Origin: Mobula birostris
Lineage: Eukaryota
DNA length: 64,000 nt
Reading direction: 5' to 3'
NCBI RefSeq assembly: GCF_030028105.1
Contig: NC_092390.1
Span: 21,624,427 to 21,688,426, forward strand
The translations under genes were made by a program, and so were the position numbers. Of this stretch, positions 37,780-50,248 are shown one piece after another. Position 1 is the first letter of the stretch; every line of letters starts with the position of its first letter. Under the pieces are notes generated by a model. That model was not told where the DNA came from. It ran no database searches and worked only from the letters and a program-made list of their open reading frames with translations.

Positions 37780-40680
37780 ATTATCTTTTCCCTAATGTGC
37801 TCGATCGCAATCTGCTCTAAGAAGCTGTCTATAAATCCCTTCTATTGGGATCCAGCACCAACCTGATTTTCCCAATCTCCCTGCATATTGAAATCCCCCA
37901 TGACCACTGTAACATTGCCTTTTATATCCCCCATTGTAGTTTGTACCCCATTTCCTGGCACAGCAGGATATAGATAATTGCAGATATGGATGGAGAAATG
38001 GTAGGTGGAATTTTATCTGGACAAGTGTGAATTATTTCATTTTGGGAGATCAAATGTAGAGACAAGATGCAGTTTATGGCAGGACCCTTCATAATTATTG
38101 ATGTGCAAAGTATCTTGGCATCCAAGACCATAGCTCCCCGAAAGTGGCTGCACAAGTTGATAGGTACTGTAAGAGGCTTATGGCAGCACGCTTACCTTTA
38201 TTAGTTAAGACTTTGAGTTCAGGAGTCATGAATTATACTTTATAAAACTCTGGCTAGGCTACAACAGGAACATTGCATACCGTTCTAGCTATTCCATTGT
38301 AAGAAGGATGTGAAGGCTTTGAAGAGAGCAGAAGAGGTTTACCAGTATTATATACTATGAGGAGAGGTTGGACAAACTTGAGATGTTTTCTTTGAAGTTG
38401 TGGAGGCTGAGAGTGGACCTGATAGAAGTCGGTAAGATTATGAGAGACATATATAAAATAATTGTTTTTAAAACCCTCTATAAAGTCACCCCTCAGCCTC
38501 CTATGCTCCAGTGAGAATAATCACAGCCTATTCAATCTCCTTGTAACTAAAACCTTCCATTCCAGGTAGCATCCTGATGTATCTCTTCTGCACTCTTTCT
38601 AGTACTACAACATCCCTTCTGTAGTTTGGTGACCAGAACAGCATGCAGTATTCCAAATGTGGTCTGACCAAATCTTATTACAATATCAGGAGAGCTAACT
38701 ACTACAACCCTATGGCTTTTAGATCCTTTTACTATTTGTCTACATATTCGTTATTCAAACTTCAGCTGACTATTTGGAGGCCTTTAATATAATCATAGAA
38801 TATAGAACAGTACAGCACAGGACACATCCTTCAGCTGACAATGTTATGCCAAAATATTAAACCAATGACTCCTAATTAAACCAATTGCTCTTCCCTGCAC
38901 ATTAACCACATCCTTCTTTCTTTACACAATCAAAGAGTCTCTTAAATACTCCTGTGCTATCAGCCTCTTCCACCATCTTGACATAGCATTCAGGGTCCCG
39001 TGTTTAATATAACTTGCCTTGTGCATTCTATATACTTCTCCTCACCCCCAACATTAGATACATGCCCTCTAGTATTAGACATTCCCATCCTGGGACAAAA
39101 GATTCTGGCCGTCTACTCTACCTGTGCCTCGCATAACTTTATAAACTATTATCTAATCAACCTTTGCCATTCTGAAGGAAACAGCCCCATCATTCAAGAC
39201 CTTGTCAAATGCCTTACTAAAATCCATATATACAACATTGACTGTTCTACCTTTATCAATCAACTTCATCCCCACCCCCGAGAATCTCAGTCAAGTTAGT
39301 AAGACATGACCTGTCCCATAAAAATCTATGCCGACTGCTCCTAATTAGACCTTGCTTCTCCAAGTGCTCATTGTTCACAAACAAACCTTCTCACTGTACC
39401 TCAGCATATGTGACAATAATAAGTCAACTTACCAATTTAAATCCTACCCCTAAGAATCCACTTCATTAGCATTCCTGCCACTAACGTGAGACTCACCGGT
39501 TATATACAGTAATTTCCAGGATCATCCCTATTTTCCTTCTTGAACAAAGGAACAACATTAGCTGAAGTACATATTAGTCCTATGTACTAGTACTTATCGG
39601 CCCTTGGGGACTTTCATGTTAATATTTTTCAAGAGATCTAACACTACCACTTTCCTAATCTCGACATGCACTAGCATTTTGGCATTCTCCACTCTGATCT
39701 CACTCTCCTCTACATCCTTCTCAGAAAACTTGATACTCACTTCTATATCCTCCACTCCAAGCACAAATCTCCTCTTTTAGCCTGGAGAGGTCCTACCTTC
39801 TCTTAGGTTATCCTCTTGCTCTTCATGTATGATATATGCTATAATCCTATGAATAATGTATATTAGGCCATAAGACATAGGAGCAGAATTAGGCCATTTG
39901 GCCCGTCGAGTTTGCTCCGCCATTCAATTATGGCAGATCCTTTTTTTCTCCTCCTCAACCCCAGTTCCCAGCCTTCTTCCCATAACCTTTGATGCCATGT
40001 CCAATCAAGAACCTATCAATCTCTGCCTTAAATACATCCAGCGACCTGGCCTCCACAACTGCATGTGGCAACAAAAAAATCACCACCCCTTGGCTAAAGA
40101 CATTTCTCTGCTTCTCTGTTTTGAAAGGGTGCCTCTTTATCCTGAGGCTGTGCCGTCTTGTTCTAGACTCTCCCACCATGGGAAACATCCTTTCCACATC
40201 TACTCTGTCCAGGCCTTTCAACATTTGAAAGGTTTCAATGAGATCCCCCCCCCCCCCCCATCCTTCTGAATTCCAGTGAGAACAGACCCAGAGCCATCAA
40301 ATGTTCCTCATATGATAACCCTTTCATTCCTGGAATCATCTTTGTGAAACTCCTCTGGACACTCTCCAATGCCTGCACAACTTTTCTAAGATGAGGGTTT
40401 TTAGATTTTTCTAAGAACGTTGATGTATAATCCTATCATAGTGATCACCCTTCTTAATGTTAGGTTTCACCCATATACATTTGCTGATCCCTCCAGGATA
40501 CTCACCTTCAGTACCATTGTAACACTCTCCCAATCAGCAGTGTAACACCTCCTCTCCTTCTGGAAAGCCCCACTGCCCAGCACAGCTGAAAATATTTTAC
40601 CCAGGAATATTGATCTGTCATTCCTGCCTTTCTTCAGCTGTGTTTCTGTGACTGCAGCAATATCACTTTTTCACCCTTAG
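37780..40680. mobile_element. Cluster of old CR1 fragments in both orientations
   Basis: Multiple CR1 3' ends and RT pieces, e.g. 39866-40395 minus (LKGLDRVDVERMFP). Confidence 0.7.
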
Positions 40681-41418
40681 CATCAGGGTGACAGCCCTTC
40701 TTCAGTGCCCAGGAAGCAGAAGGGCCCAGAGGAGATTCATGAGAATGATCCCAGGAATGAAAGGGTGTTTGATGGCTCTGGGCCCGTACTCACTGGAGTT
40801 TAGAAGAATGAGAACCATGGAAACCGACCGAAATGGGCCAAGAAGAGCTTAGATTATTTTTGGTAGCTGCAAATTAATGGTCATAGGATTCTACGTCATG
40901 TTGCTTAGTACTATGAAAGTATGAATGAAAACCTCTCCTAGGCTAATCCCATTGGTCAATGCCCAGGATTCTTGAAATAGTTATGTAGTACATCATTGAT
41001 TTTAACTTGGGACTCCTCCCGCAGGATTCCCTAAAGGTTAACTTGCAGGCTGAGTTGGCGGTAAGGAAGACAAATGCAATGTTAGCATTCATTTCAAGAA
41101 GAAAAGAATATTAAAGACTCAAATATATAATGCTGAGGCTTTATATGGCACAGGTCAGACCACAATTAGAATACTGTGAGCAGTTTTGGGCCCTTTATCT
41201 AAGGAAGTATATGCAAGCATTGAAGAGGGCCCAGAGAAAGTTTATGAGAATGATCCCAGGAATGAAAGGGTTAATGTATGCCAAGTGTTTGACGGCTCTG
41301 GGCCTGTACTCACTGGGGCTTAGAAGGACGAGAATCATAGAAACCTACTGAATATTGAAAGGGCGAGTTAGAGAGGACGTGAAGAGGATGAGTCCAATAC
41401 CAGAGGACATATCCTCAG

Positions 41419-41657
41419 TGTTGTAGATTTGATATTTCAATGATATTTAAGTAAACTTGTGTTTGATTACACATTCTTGTTCATTTAAATAATTAATTAT
41501 GGGTTATAAGTAAAAATACATTAATTGCATCTGTCGTCACGCTACCACATGATATGTGCACACCTCGCTTAAAGTAAACTCAAAGTTAGACTCACATTTC
41601 AGACTCCTATGTCTTCCTTTGAATTGGTTTAATGTTTTGAAGTTACCAAACATAACA
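41419..41657 (+). repeat. 5' LTR
   Basis: TGTTGTAG...CATAACA; direct repeat of 44062-44297. Confidence 0.93.
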
Positions 41658-43061
41658 TTGGCAACAAGGTATTTTTAACACAACTCCGAGATAGCTACTG
41701 ACCTATTCAGAAGGATGGACACGACTGAGTTTAAAAGAAGGCTGTGAATGGAAGGATTCAGGGTTCATAAAGAGTGTGTATCAGGTGAAAATAATCATTA
41801 AAAAAGGCAGAAATGGTTGGATACATTGGAAAGATTGACCAGTTTGATTATACAATGGGTAATTGACTCATGTATACTGAGCTATTGGAACAGTATTCTG
41901 AAGCAAGTGAAGTAGTCAATGAGAAGCAAGTGCCAATGTTGCTGAGTGCATTGGGTTTAAAGGCATACAGTTTGCTTCGATGTTTGACTGCTCCAGCAAA
42001 ACCATCGGAAATGAGCTTTGCTGCTATTGTAAAAGTAATGCAGGAACACTTAGAACATAAAGCCACTGTTGACTGCAGAACATTTCAGGTTTCACAAACA
42101 GAATCAAAATGAAGGGGAACCCATTTCAGCTTATGTGGCTGAATTGAAAAGATTGTCTGAGCATTGTCAGTTCTGTAATGGACTTAATGATGCACTGAGA
42201 GATCGTTAAGTTTGCAGAATCTTAAAAGAAGGCTTTCAAGAATGGCTCCTAACTGAAACACAACTTACATTTAGAAGAGCAGTTGAAATAGCTGTATCAA
42301 TGGAAACAGCAGACAGAGATACAATTGAGTTTCGGTCAGGAATGAAAGTGAACATGAACAAAATTATAGTGTCTAAACAAAAACCAGACTGGTTAAACAA
42401 ATCATCTTACCGTTGTTACAAGGTCTCACGTACGCCTGACCAAAGCAGTTTTAAAGGCAAAACATATAGAAAATGCAACAAAATAGGACACAAATAGAGC
42501 ATGCAGGGCAGACAGAAATAAATGGACTGCACAGGGAAGAGAAAAAGCTAAAAAGTAAAGTTAAAGTTTCAAAAAGATCATTAATCTGCACGCTGTTGGT
42601 GAAAAATTTGATAACGATGAGAGTGACACAGGACTGTGTAGCCATGAGAACTGTTGTGTGAAATTTAATAAATGATAAGCATTACGGCTTACACCAGAAG
42701 TGAATGGTAAATTAATTAAAGTGGAATTGGACACTGGCTCAGCTGTTTCAGTCATTCTACAAAATGAGTTTGAGAGGCATTTCAAAGATATTAAACTGAA
42801 GCCTGCAGATATCCAACTAAGAACTTATACTGGAGAAAAGATGACTTATGTGATAATGACATTTGTAACTGTGAAATACAACAACAAACAAGCCACACTG
42901 AGCTTTAATGTGGTAAAAATAGGAGGACCAGCATTGTGGGGCGTGAATGACTGAAACAACTACAACTTGATGGGAGAGCCATCCATCATTTGTATGCATC
43001 ATCCCCTATAATATAGTCAAATGCAGGTGAATCAATAAAGGTGCTTGATGATGCCACAACT

Positions 43062-43745
43062 GTCCCTATACCAAATACTATGAACCATTGCCCAACAGAG
43101 CACAAACAGAAGTTGGTTCCAACCTCTGTTCTTCTGTTTGAAAACCATATTGGACCATGGAGGGACCATGTTGCTCAAAGGAATCATGAAAGTGTCGAAA
43201 GTAGGGGTCCGACTACAATAGTTTTTGTATACAGCATATCTGAGATATGTTCAGGCAGTTACTTGCAAATTGTGGCTTGGGTTAGCTGGGAGAGAGTTCA
43301 AGGAGCTTCAGGAAAGTTGGAAGCATTTGGCTTCTGTGAAGATAAAGAACAAGAATCTACTCTGTGCATTAAAGTTATTTCATAAACTTCAAATGGGGAA
43401 CAAAAAGTTGCTTGTAAAAGTAGATGCAAAGACCAAAGCCCAGCTGGATAAATGGAAGGTCAAAAAAAAAGGAGTCAATGGAGATATGAAAACAGTGGAT
43501 TTGCCAAATGATATTGTGGATGAGGAAACCAAGAGGAGAGATCAGATCGTAACGGGAACAATAGAAATATTAATATGAGAATACTCCAGTGAACTGAATG
43601 CACTTTCTGAAGTTCAAGATGCACAAACTAGAAGAAAAAGGAGGGAAGAGGTGGACTGAAATAATGTCAATGTGAAAGAGGAGGGACGCAAGTAAAAAAA
43701 GAAAGAGATCAAAGTAAATCTAAAGAAAGAAAAGGGAAAGAAAGG
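43062..43745 (+). pseudogene. RBM25: Processed (intronless) RBM25 fragment, RRM region, with frameshifts and stops
   Basis: Across three frames: LVPT..GPTTIVFV.SISE / DMFRQLLANCGL / SWERVQGASGKLEAFGFCE.KE.ESTL / ALKLFHKLQMGNKKLLVKVDAKTKAQLDKWK.KKK..DEETKRRDQ...IEILI*EYSSELNA. This is colinear with vertebrate RBM25. Confidence 0.9.
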
Positions 43746-44061
43746 TGTCGAGAGCTGTCAGAACCTCTTCCTGCAGCTTCAGAGTCAACACCTACAACCA
43801 CCACGGAGGAGGTCTCACACCTGAGTTTGTTACCACATCCACAGATCTCACCTGTGAAGCAGAATGATCACCAGGAAAGACGTTAACCCACCAGAGCAAG
43901 AAGCCTTCCACAGAGATTAAATATTTATGCCTGAATAGGACAATTTAAAATTTACTATGCCATAGATGTCTGTACATTGTAGTTGTATTATATAATATAC
44001 TGCATATAGATTTGAGAAGCATTCTCTACTAAGTTGGATTTTGTAGCCAAGCAGGGAGAGG

Positions 44062-44297
44062 TGTTGTATATTTGATACTTCAGTAATATTGTATATATAT
44101 TGTTTGATTAGGCATTCTTGTACTTTTAAATAATTAATTACGGGTTATATGTAAAAGTACTTTAATTGCATATGTCATCACGCTACAACATGATATGTTT
44201 AAGCCTCGCCTAAGTAAACTCAAAGTTAGACTCACATTTCGAACTCCTGTGCCTTCCTTTGAATTAGTTTAATATTTTGCAGTTATAAAACATAACA
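44062..44297 (+). repeat. 3' LTR
   Basis: TGTTGTAT...CATAACA, preceded by a polypurine tract. Confidence 0.93.
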
Positions 44298-45519
44298 GTG
44301 AGAATTGAAGGATGTCCCTTTAGAACAGAGATGAGAAATTCCTTTAGCCAATGGGTAGTGAATTTGTGGAGTCCATTGCTACAGATGGCTGTAGATGGAA
44401 AGTCACTGCGCATATTTAAAGCAGAGGTTGATAGTTTCTTAGTTAGTAATGGTGTAAAGGTTACAGGGGGAAGGCAGGGGAAAGGGATCGTGAGGGAAAA
44501 TGGTCAAAGGGCAAAGCAGAATCGATGGGCCAAATAGGCTAATTCATCTTATGGCCTTATGGTCATGAAGTCATGGAAAAACCTATATAAATGCAATTCT
44601 TGCAGCAACTCAATGCATTGAATATAATCAAGATAATGCTAACTACGTCAGAATAGCAAAGCCGGAATCAGTCAACCACATATCTTCTGGTAATTACCTA
44701 TAAAGCACGATGAAGGTTCTTTGAATTCAAACATTAACTCTGCTTCTTCTCGCTGGTGCTGCCTGACCTGCTGAGTGAGACCAGAATTTTGTGTTTTACC
44801 TCAGCAAATTTAAAATTTACTTTCAGGATTCCTAATTTAGTCTATCTCAGGGGCTCCCTGTCACAATGGTCACCTGATGCTTCAAACACTCCATTGTACT
44901 CGTTCCATCCCCATCGGTGTTCTACCTCAATTTGCTCGTTTCACGTACCACGATTCAGCAGCAGGTTGGTAGATCTGATGTGCTTGTTCCATTACCTATT
45001 TCTGTTTTTTATCAAGCATAATACTGGAGTCTAAATTAGTTTTATGACATATGCCAAAGATATTAAACCTGACTCTGATTGTTGTTCTGCTGTCCTTAAT
45101 CGACAACAGACTTCAAACAAAATACTGTCTGAGTACATCCTCTGTTGTTAACTTTGATTTATCTTGAGCTAGATAATCATCATGCTTTGATTCTCGGCTG
45201 TATTGACAAAAATAGCACCTGCTTAACAAATTATAGCATTAAAACAATCTAAGGGCGCATGAGAACACTCTGAAACGTTTCACTATTTATTTCATTTACA
45301 AATTTCTCTCTTGAGAGTGAGTATTTTTATATATTTTCCCCAAGCTATATTCCTGTGTGCAGCATTTATATATTTCATGGGGATTTTGTGTAGTAGTTGC
45401 CTTTATTTGCAGTGTAGTTTGCTTCACCTGATGTACCTGAACCAAATTTATCAGTGCCGTGAGCTGGATTATAAGCAATAAGTTTAGAACTGGAAAAGGA
45501 TCTAGTGCTTTCCTCATAT

Positions 45520-45780
45520 ATGACAAATAAACTCTTCTTGGGCTTCCAGCTCAAGAAGAATTTATTATCAATTTTAATTGACGTTTTGACAAATTATCAA
45601 TTTTAACTGATGTTTTGATGACAAACTCTGCCATCTCCATCAAAGATGATGCCTGGGCATGTCTAGTCCAGTGGTGTATATATACCCCTGTCATCTGTCC
45701 CTCCTGATACTACAGGACTAGACATGCCTAGGCATCATCTCTAATGAAGATGGCAGAGTTTGTCTTCGAAAGGTTGGACA
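45520..45780. mobile_element. Second Penelope-like inverted-repeat element with decayed hammerhead cores
   Basis: ~50-bp inverted arms at ~45620-45670 and ~45716-45766; CTAATGAAGATGGCAGAGTTTGTCTTCGAAA. Confidence 0.65.
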
Positions 45781-46009
45781 CTAGAGGTACTGCTCGTACA
45801 CCCGACAGCTGCTCTGCATGACCTGAATTCAATGTACCACACAATAAAGTATGAGGCAAAATAGTTTCATCATAGTGGTGAAAGAATCAGTGGTGTTAAT
45901 CAATCAGCTTGAAAATACAAATGTACATTATGGGGAAATATTTGGGGTAATAGAAATTTCTGGGGTCGCTCATAGGCATGATGAGCTGTAATAAGGAAAT
46001 TTAAGGATA

Positions 46010-47390
46010 CGAAAAGGACATTCGAGCATAAATCATGGAACATTATAGCAGTGTACAGGACCTTCAGCTCACGACCCTTTAACCTACTCCAGATCGGTCC
46101 AACTCTTCCCCCCACATAACTCTTCATTTTTCTGTCATGTTCATTATATGCCTATCTAAGAGGCTCTTAAAAATCTCCCTAATATATTTGCCTCTACTAC
46201 AACCCTTCGTAGCACGTTCCATGCAATTACCACTCTCGAGGTAAAAAATAAACCCCTCACAAAACCCCTGTACTTTCTTCCAGTCACCTTCAAATTATGT
46301 CCTCTTGTATGAGCCATTTATGCCACGGGAACATGTCTCTGGCTGCTCACTTCAGAGACTTATCATCTCATACACCTCTATCAAGTCACTTTTCTTCCTC
46401 CTTCGCTCCAGAGAGAAAAGTCTTAGCTTGCTCAATCTATGCTCATAAGACATGCTCTCTGATCCAGGCAGCATCTTGGTAAATCTCCTCTGCACCCTCT
46501 CTAAAGCTTTTACATCCTTCCTATAAAGAGGTGACGAGAACAGAACACAAAACCCATAGTCTGGTCTAACTAGAGCTTTATAGAGCTGCAACATCACCTC
46601 ACTCCTCGAACTCAGTATCCCATCCAATGAAGGCCAACACACCATAATAACCCTATCAACATATGCCACAACCTTGAGGGATCATCAGACATGGATCCCA
46701 ACATCCCTCTGATCCTCCACACTGCTAAGAATCCTGCCTTCAACCCTGTTTGCTGCCTTCAACTTCAATCTTCCAAAGTGTATCACTTCACGCTTTTCTG
46801 GGTTGATTTCCATCTGCCACTTCTCAGCTCAGCTCTGCATCTTACCAATGCCCGGTTGTAGCTACTGCTCCAGCGATCTCTTCTCTCACTTCCCACAGCA
46901 ACCTGGGGTACATCATGTTCGGCCTTGGGGGCTTAACAATTTTGATGTTTTTAAGAAGATCCAACACTTCTTCCTTAATCTCCACATTGTCCAGCACACA
47001 GGCCTGTTCTATTTCGACTTCACCCTGATCAAGGTCCTGTTCACTTGTGAATACTGAAGCAAAGTATTCATTTAGGACCTCCCCAACCTCCTCCTCCTCC
47101 AGGCACATGTTGCCTTCTTTATCCTTCAGCAGCCTCACCTTCATTCTTGTCATCCTTCTGTTCTTCACATACGCAGAGAACACCTTGGGGTTCTCCTTAA
47201 TCCTACATGCCAAGGCCTTCTCATGCCCCTTTGAGCTCTCCTAAGTCATTTCTTAAGCTCCTTCCTGGCTACCCTATATTTCTCATGAGCCCCTCCTGCT
47301 TCCTGCTTCTTATATCTAACATATGCTTCCTTCTTCCTCTTGACGAGTTGCCTCATGTGTTTCATCAGCCACGGTTCCTTTTTCCTACCA
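46010..47390 (-). mobile_element. Degraded CR1 LINE
   Basis: RIKENPKVF, VLNEYFASVFT, ERVQRRFTKMLPG. Confidence 0.85.
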
Positions 47391-49692
47391 TGCTACTTAT
47401 GCACAGTAGATTGTTCATAAAGGATATTAAACAATCATATGCCATCTAATTTTAATACATGCCAAGGCCTCAATGACTAATACATCATTCATTAAAAAAA
47501 AACTTAACAACAATGTTGATTTGTAGTCTGTTCAGAAAAGGAGAGAGTGCTCCGGTCCCAAAAGTGTGGGGCAACCTATGGTAGATGTAGCAGCTAGAAA
47601 AATAATAACCTGTCAACACTTACCTTATCACTTTCAGAACCTTGTAGGTCTTGATTTAGCAAGATTACTTGTCATTCTTTTAAGCCCAAAAAGGAGAATC
47701 ATTTTTAATCTCTGCCTACTGGAAAACTATAAACCAGGTGAATCTATTCTACATTGTTTTCATCTCTGTGTCACCTATCAAGATCTTGTGTAATTGTATC
47801 CTGCAGGGGAGATAACTTTGTTATCCTTATTCACTAATTTCTTTTCAATAGAGGTGAATTGCTTCCTTGCTTGGTGTATCTATACATTAATTTTGTACTT
47901 CAAGAACTAGTACAGTATTATCTTTCTGTATACCTACTTTAGCTAATTTCTCATCACTTTCTCCCCAACAGTCCTGTCAAAATGACTGACCTTACATTTC
48001 AAAATCTTATTCTCTTTGCCAATTGAAACATATTTAATTTGAGTATAGCCATTTGATTTTCCTTGTGTAGAAATGGCAGTTTGACTTTAATGCATTTGCC
48101 TATTGTACAATATGCCTTTTATACCCAGATAGTTGGGGAAGCACTGGAAAAACAGCAGGCTTTGCTGGCAACAGTCAAATAGACCCACTAGAATGAGTAA
48201 TGATGCTAACTGTCACAAAAGTTAGCAAAAACAAACAACATATTCACCGAGAGGGGCTTAAATTTCATACTACTTCCTGGAACATTTTAGATCAGGCCCA
48301 AGAGAATTAAAATTGAGAAGTTAGAAACAGCTATGGAAAGTTCGTATCAGAGGTTTCAACAAGGAGAAACCTTCATCTCTTCATAAACACAACAAGGAGA
48401 AATCTCACAGTACTGTTTCTGATTACCTGGCTCACTGCCACCAAGTCATATGATTGAAAGTCCAAAGCTATATTTCTGAACTAGAGAACGACTTGGGCTG
48501 AAGTGTACATGCATCATTACGTGGTACCTTCAGAGCCAATCTTTCAGATTAGTGATTAAACTTTTTTTTTGTTTTACAAAGATGTTACAGTAAATGAAAT
48601 AATATTGGCTGTAGTAAGCTCTAGGTTACTTATACAAGTAGTAAATGTAAGGAGTAAATTTGGGCTCTGTCTGAAGGAAGACTCATAATGGTTTAAGAAA
48701 CGGCAAGGCATAAAAGGCTGTGTGGTAAATTGTGAAAAATGGGATTAGTATACATAGGCCAAAGGAACTATTGCTCTGCTCTATGACTCTGGATACTGTA
48801 TTACTTTACTTATCATTCAGAATAATAACATTCTTACCTCTTCCCCAATGTGGTCAATTCCATGACTGTATAGTTCACACACATGATGTCGTCGAATAAC
48901 ATCTTCATTTACTTGGAGGTTCTGAGACGGCTCTACTGCCACTGAGGGCCAGTCTTGCTCTTCATAAAATTGATGTTCAGCAGCATTCAGTCTTTTGAGG
49001 TTTCACTAGTTCTTGGACTGCAGCACTGACTAACTTCATTAAGAACTGGAATACAATGAATACAGGTTACTGCATGGGAACGTCACTAGATCTGGTGAAA
49101 TGTTGGAAAAGTGGATTTTTTTCAAAAATTGTGATAAATTCAACATTTTACGTGTTGAAAGAGAGGCAACAGGAACATTTGACAGCACAACAGCTGGTTG
49201 AATAAAGCTGCATCTTTTGGAAAGTGTGTTCTATTTTCAGAATACTCTATGGCAAAACAGTAAATCAGATTTGTGCTATGGATTTGGTCTGCTTAATTTA
49301 ACTTGAGAGAGATTTGTATTTGAGCTCTGATCTCCTAAATAAATTTGTTCCCAAGCAACTGCAGAATGAAATATTTTAATTCACCATCTTGTAGAATATA
49401 CAAGCAACAGTTGTACAATCACGTCTTACAATATTTTAATAGTAGTTTCCAATACCTTTTACACTAGTGTTACTGCAATATTTCTACCAACAGATGCAAT
49501 TTATCAATTTCTAATGAACACAAGATTAACGAGCCATCTACACGATCTACAACATCACCAACCTTTCTGTCATCTGTGAACTTACTAACCCACCGTTCCA
49601 CTTCCGCATCAAGTCATTTATAAAAGTCACAAAGAGAAGGGCTCCCAGAACCGATCCGTGTGGAACACCTCTGATCATTACTCTCCAGCCAG

Positions 49693-50248
49693 CAGACCTC
49701 CCACCCTGCAAAAACTCATTTCAGGGAGGTAGCACCATCAATTTGCGGGAGACTCCCAGAACTTCCGGGAGAGGTGGGATGTCTGCAATAGAGTAGCTCC
49801 TTAGCAGCTAGCCAGCTAGTTTAAATAACGTTAGCTATACTAATGAACGAATAACACCTGTTAAACTCACCTCAACATGTCTTTTACAGCCTTAACCCAC
49901 CATGGGCAATAGAAAAGTCACTGTTGCAAACAGTGCAGCGAGCAACACTGCCATTATTTTTGACCCCTATTAGGCAGGGGTACACTTTAGGGTAGTCTGG
50001 GGTGACGTACGTTTTATATTTTCTTTTTTTGGGACACTCTGCCATGGCGCTCGCTCTCTCACTCTCTCTTGTGGACGCTTGCGCGCTCTCGCTCTCACAC
50101 GTGGTCACTCTTGCGCTCCCTCTTGCTTTCTCTCTCTCGCTCTCAAAAAAATTGATTTCCGTGATATTGTATATAATTTGCGGGCATCAGGGAGCCACTA
50201 TTAATATGTGGGAGACTCCCGGAACTTCCAGGAGAGGTGGGATTTCTG
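49693..50248 (-). mobile_element. Non-autonomous hAT-type DNA transposon with a transposase first-exon remnant
   Basis: TIRs CAGACCTCCCACC / GGTGGGATTTCTG; flanks AGCCAG/AGACAG (6-bp TSD, 1 mismatch); MAECPKKRKY...ARCTVCNSDFSIAHGG zinc-finger start. Confidence 0.8.

Larger units (their letters stand above)
41419..44297 (+). mobile_element. Non-autonomous Gypsy LTR retrotransposon (gag-PR, deleted pol) carrying a captured RBM25 fragment
   Basis: TG...CA LTRs at 41419-41657 and 44062-44297. PBS TGGCAACAAGG (decayed TGGCGACGAGG, tRNA-Ser type). PPT AAGCAGGGAGAGG. Gag LLSALG.KAYSLLR.LTAPAKP, protease LDTGSAVS, C-terminal ERR*PTRAR..PQRLN. Confidence 0.93.
41020..44565 (+). mobile_element. CR1 3' fragment split by the Gypsy insertion (41020-41418 and 44298-44565)
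   Basis: VRPQLEYC..FW before the insertion and RIEGCPFRTEMR after it, contiguous across the LTR element. Confidence 0.8.

Noticed and set aside
43225-43578. Functional RBM25 gene or independent ORF
   Set aside because: Homology is split over three frames with a stop, is partial and intronless, and lies inside an LTR element.
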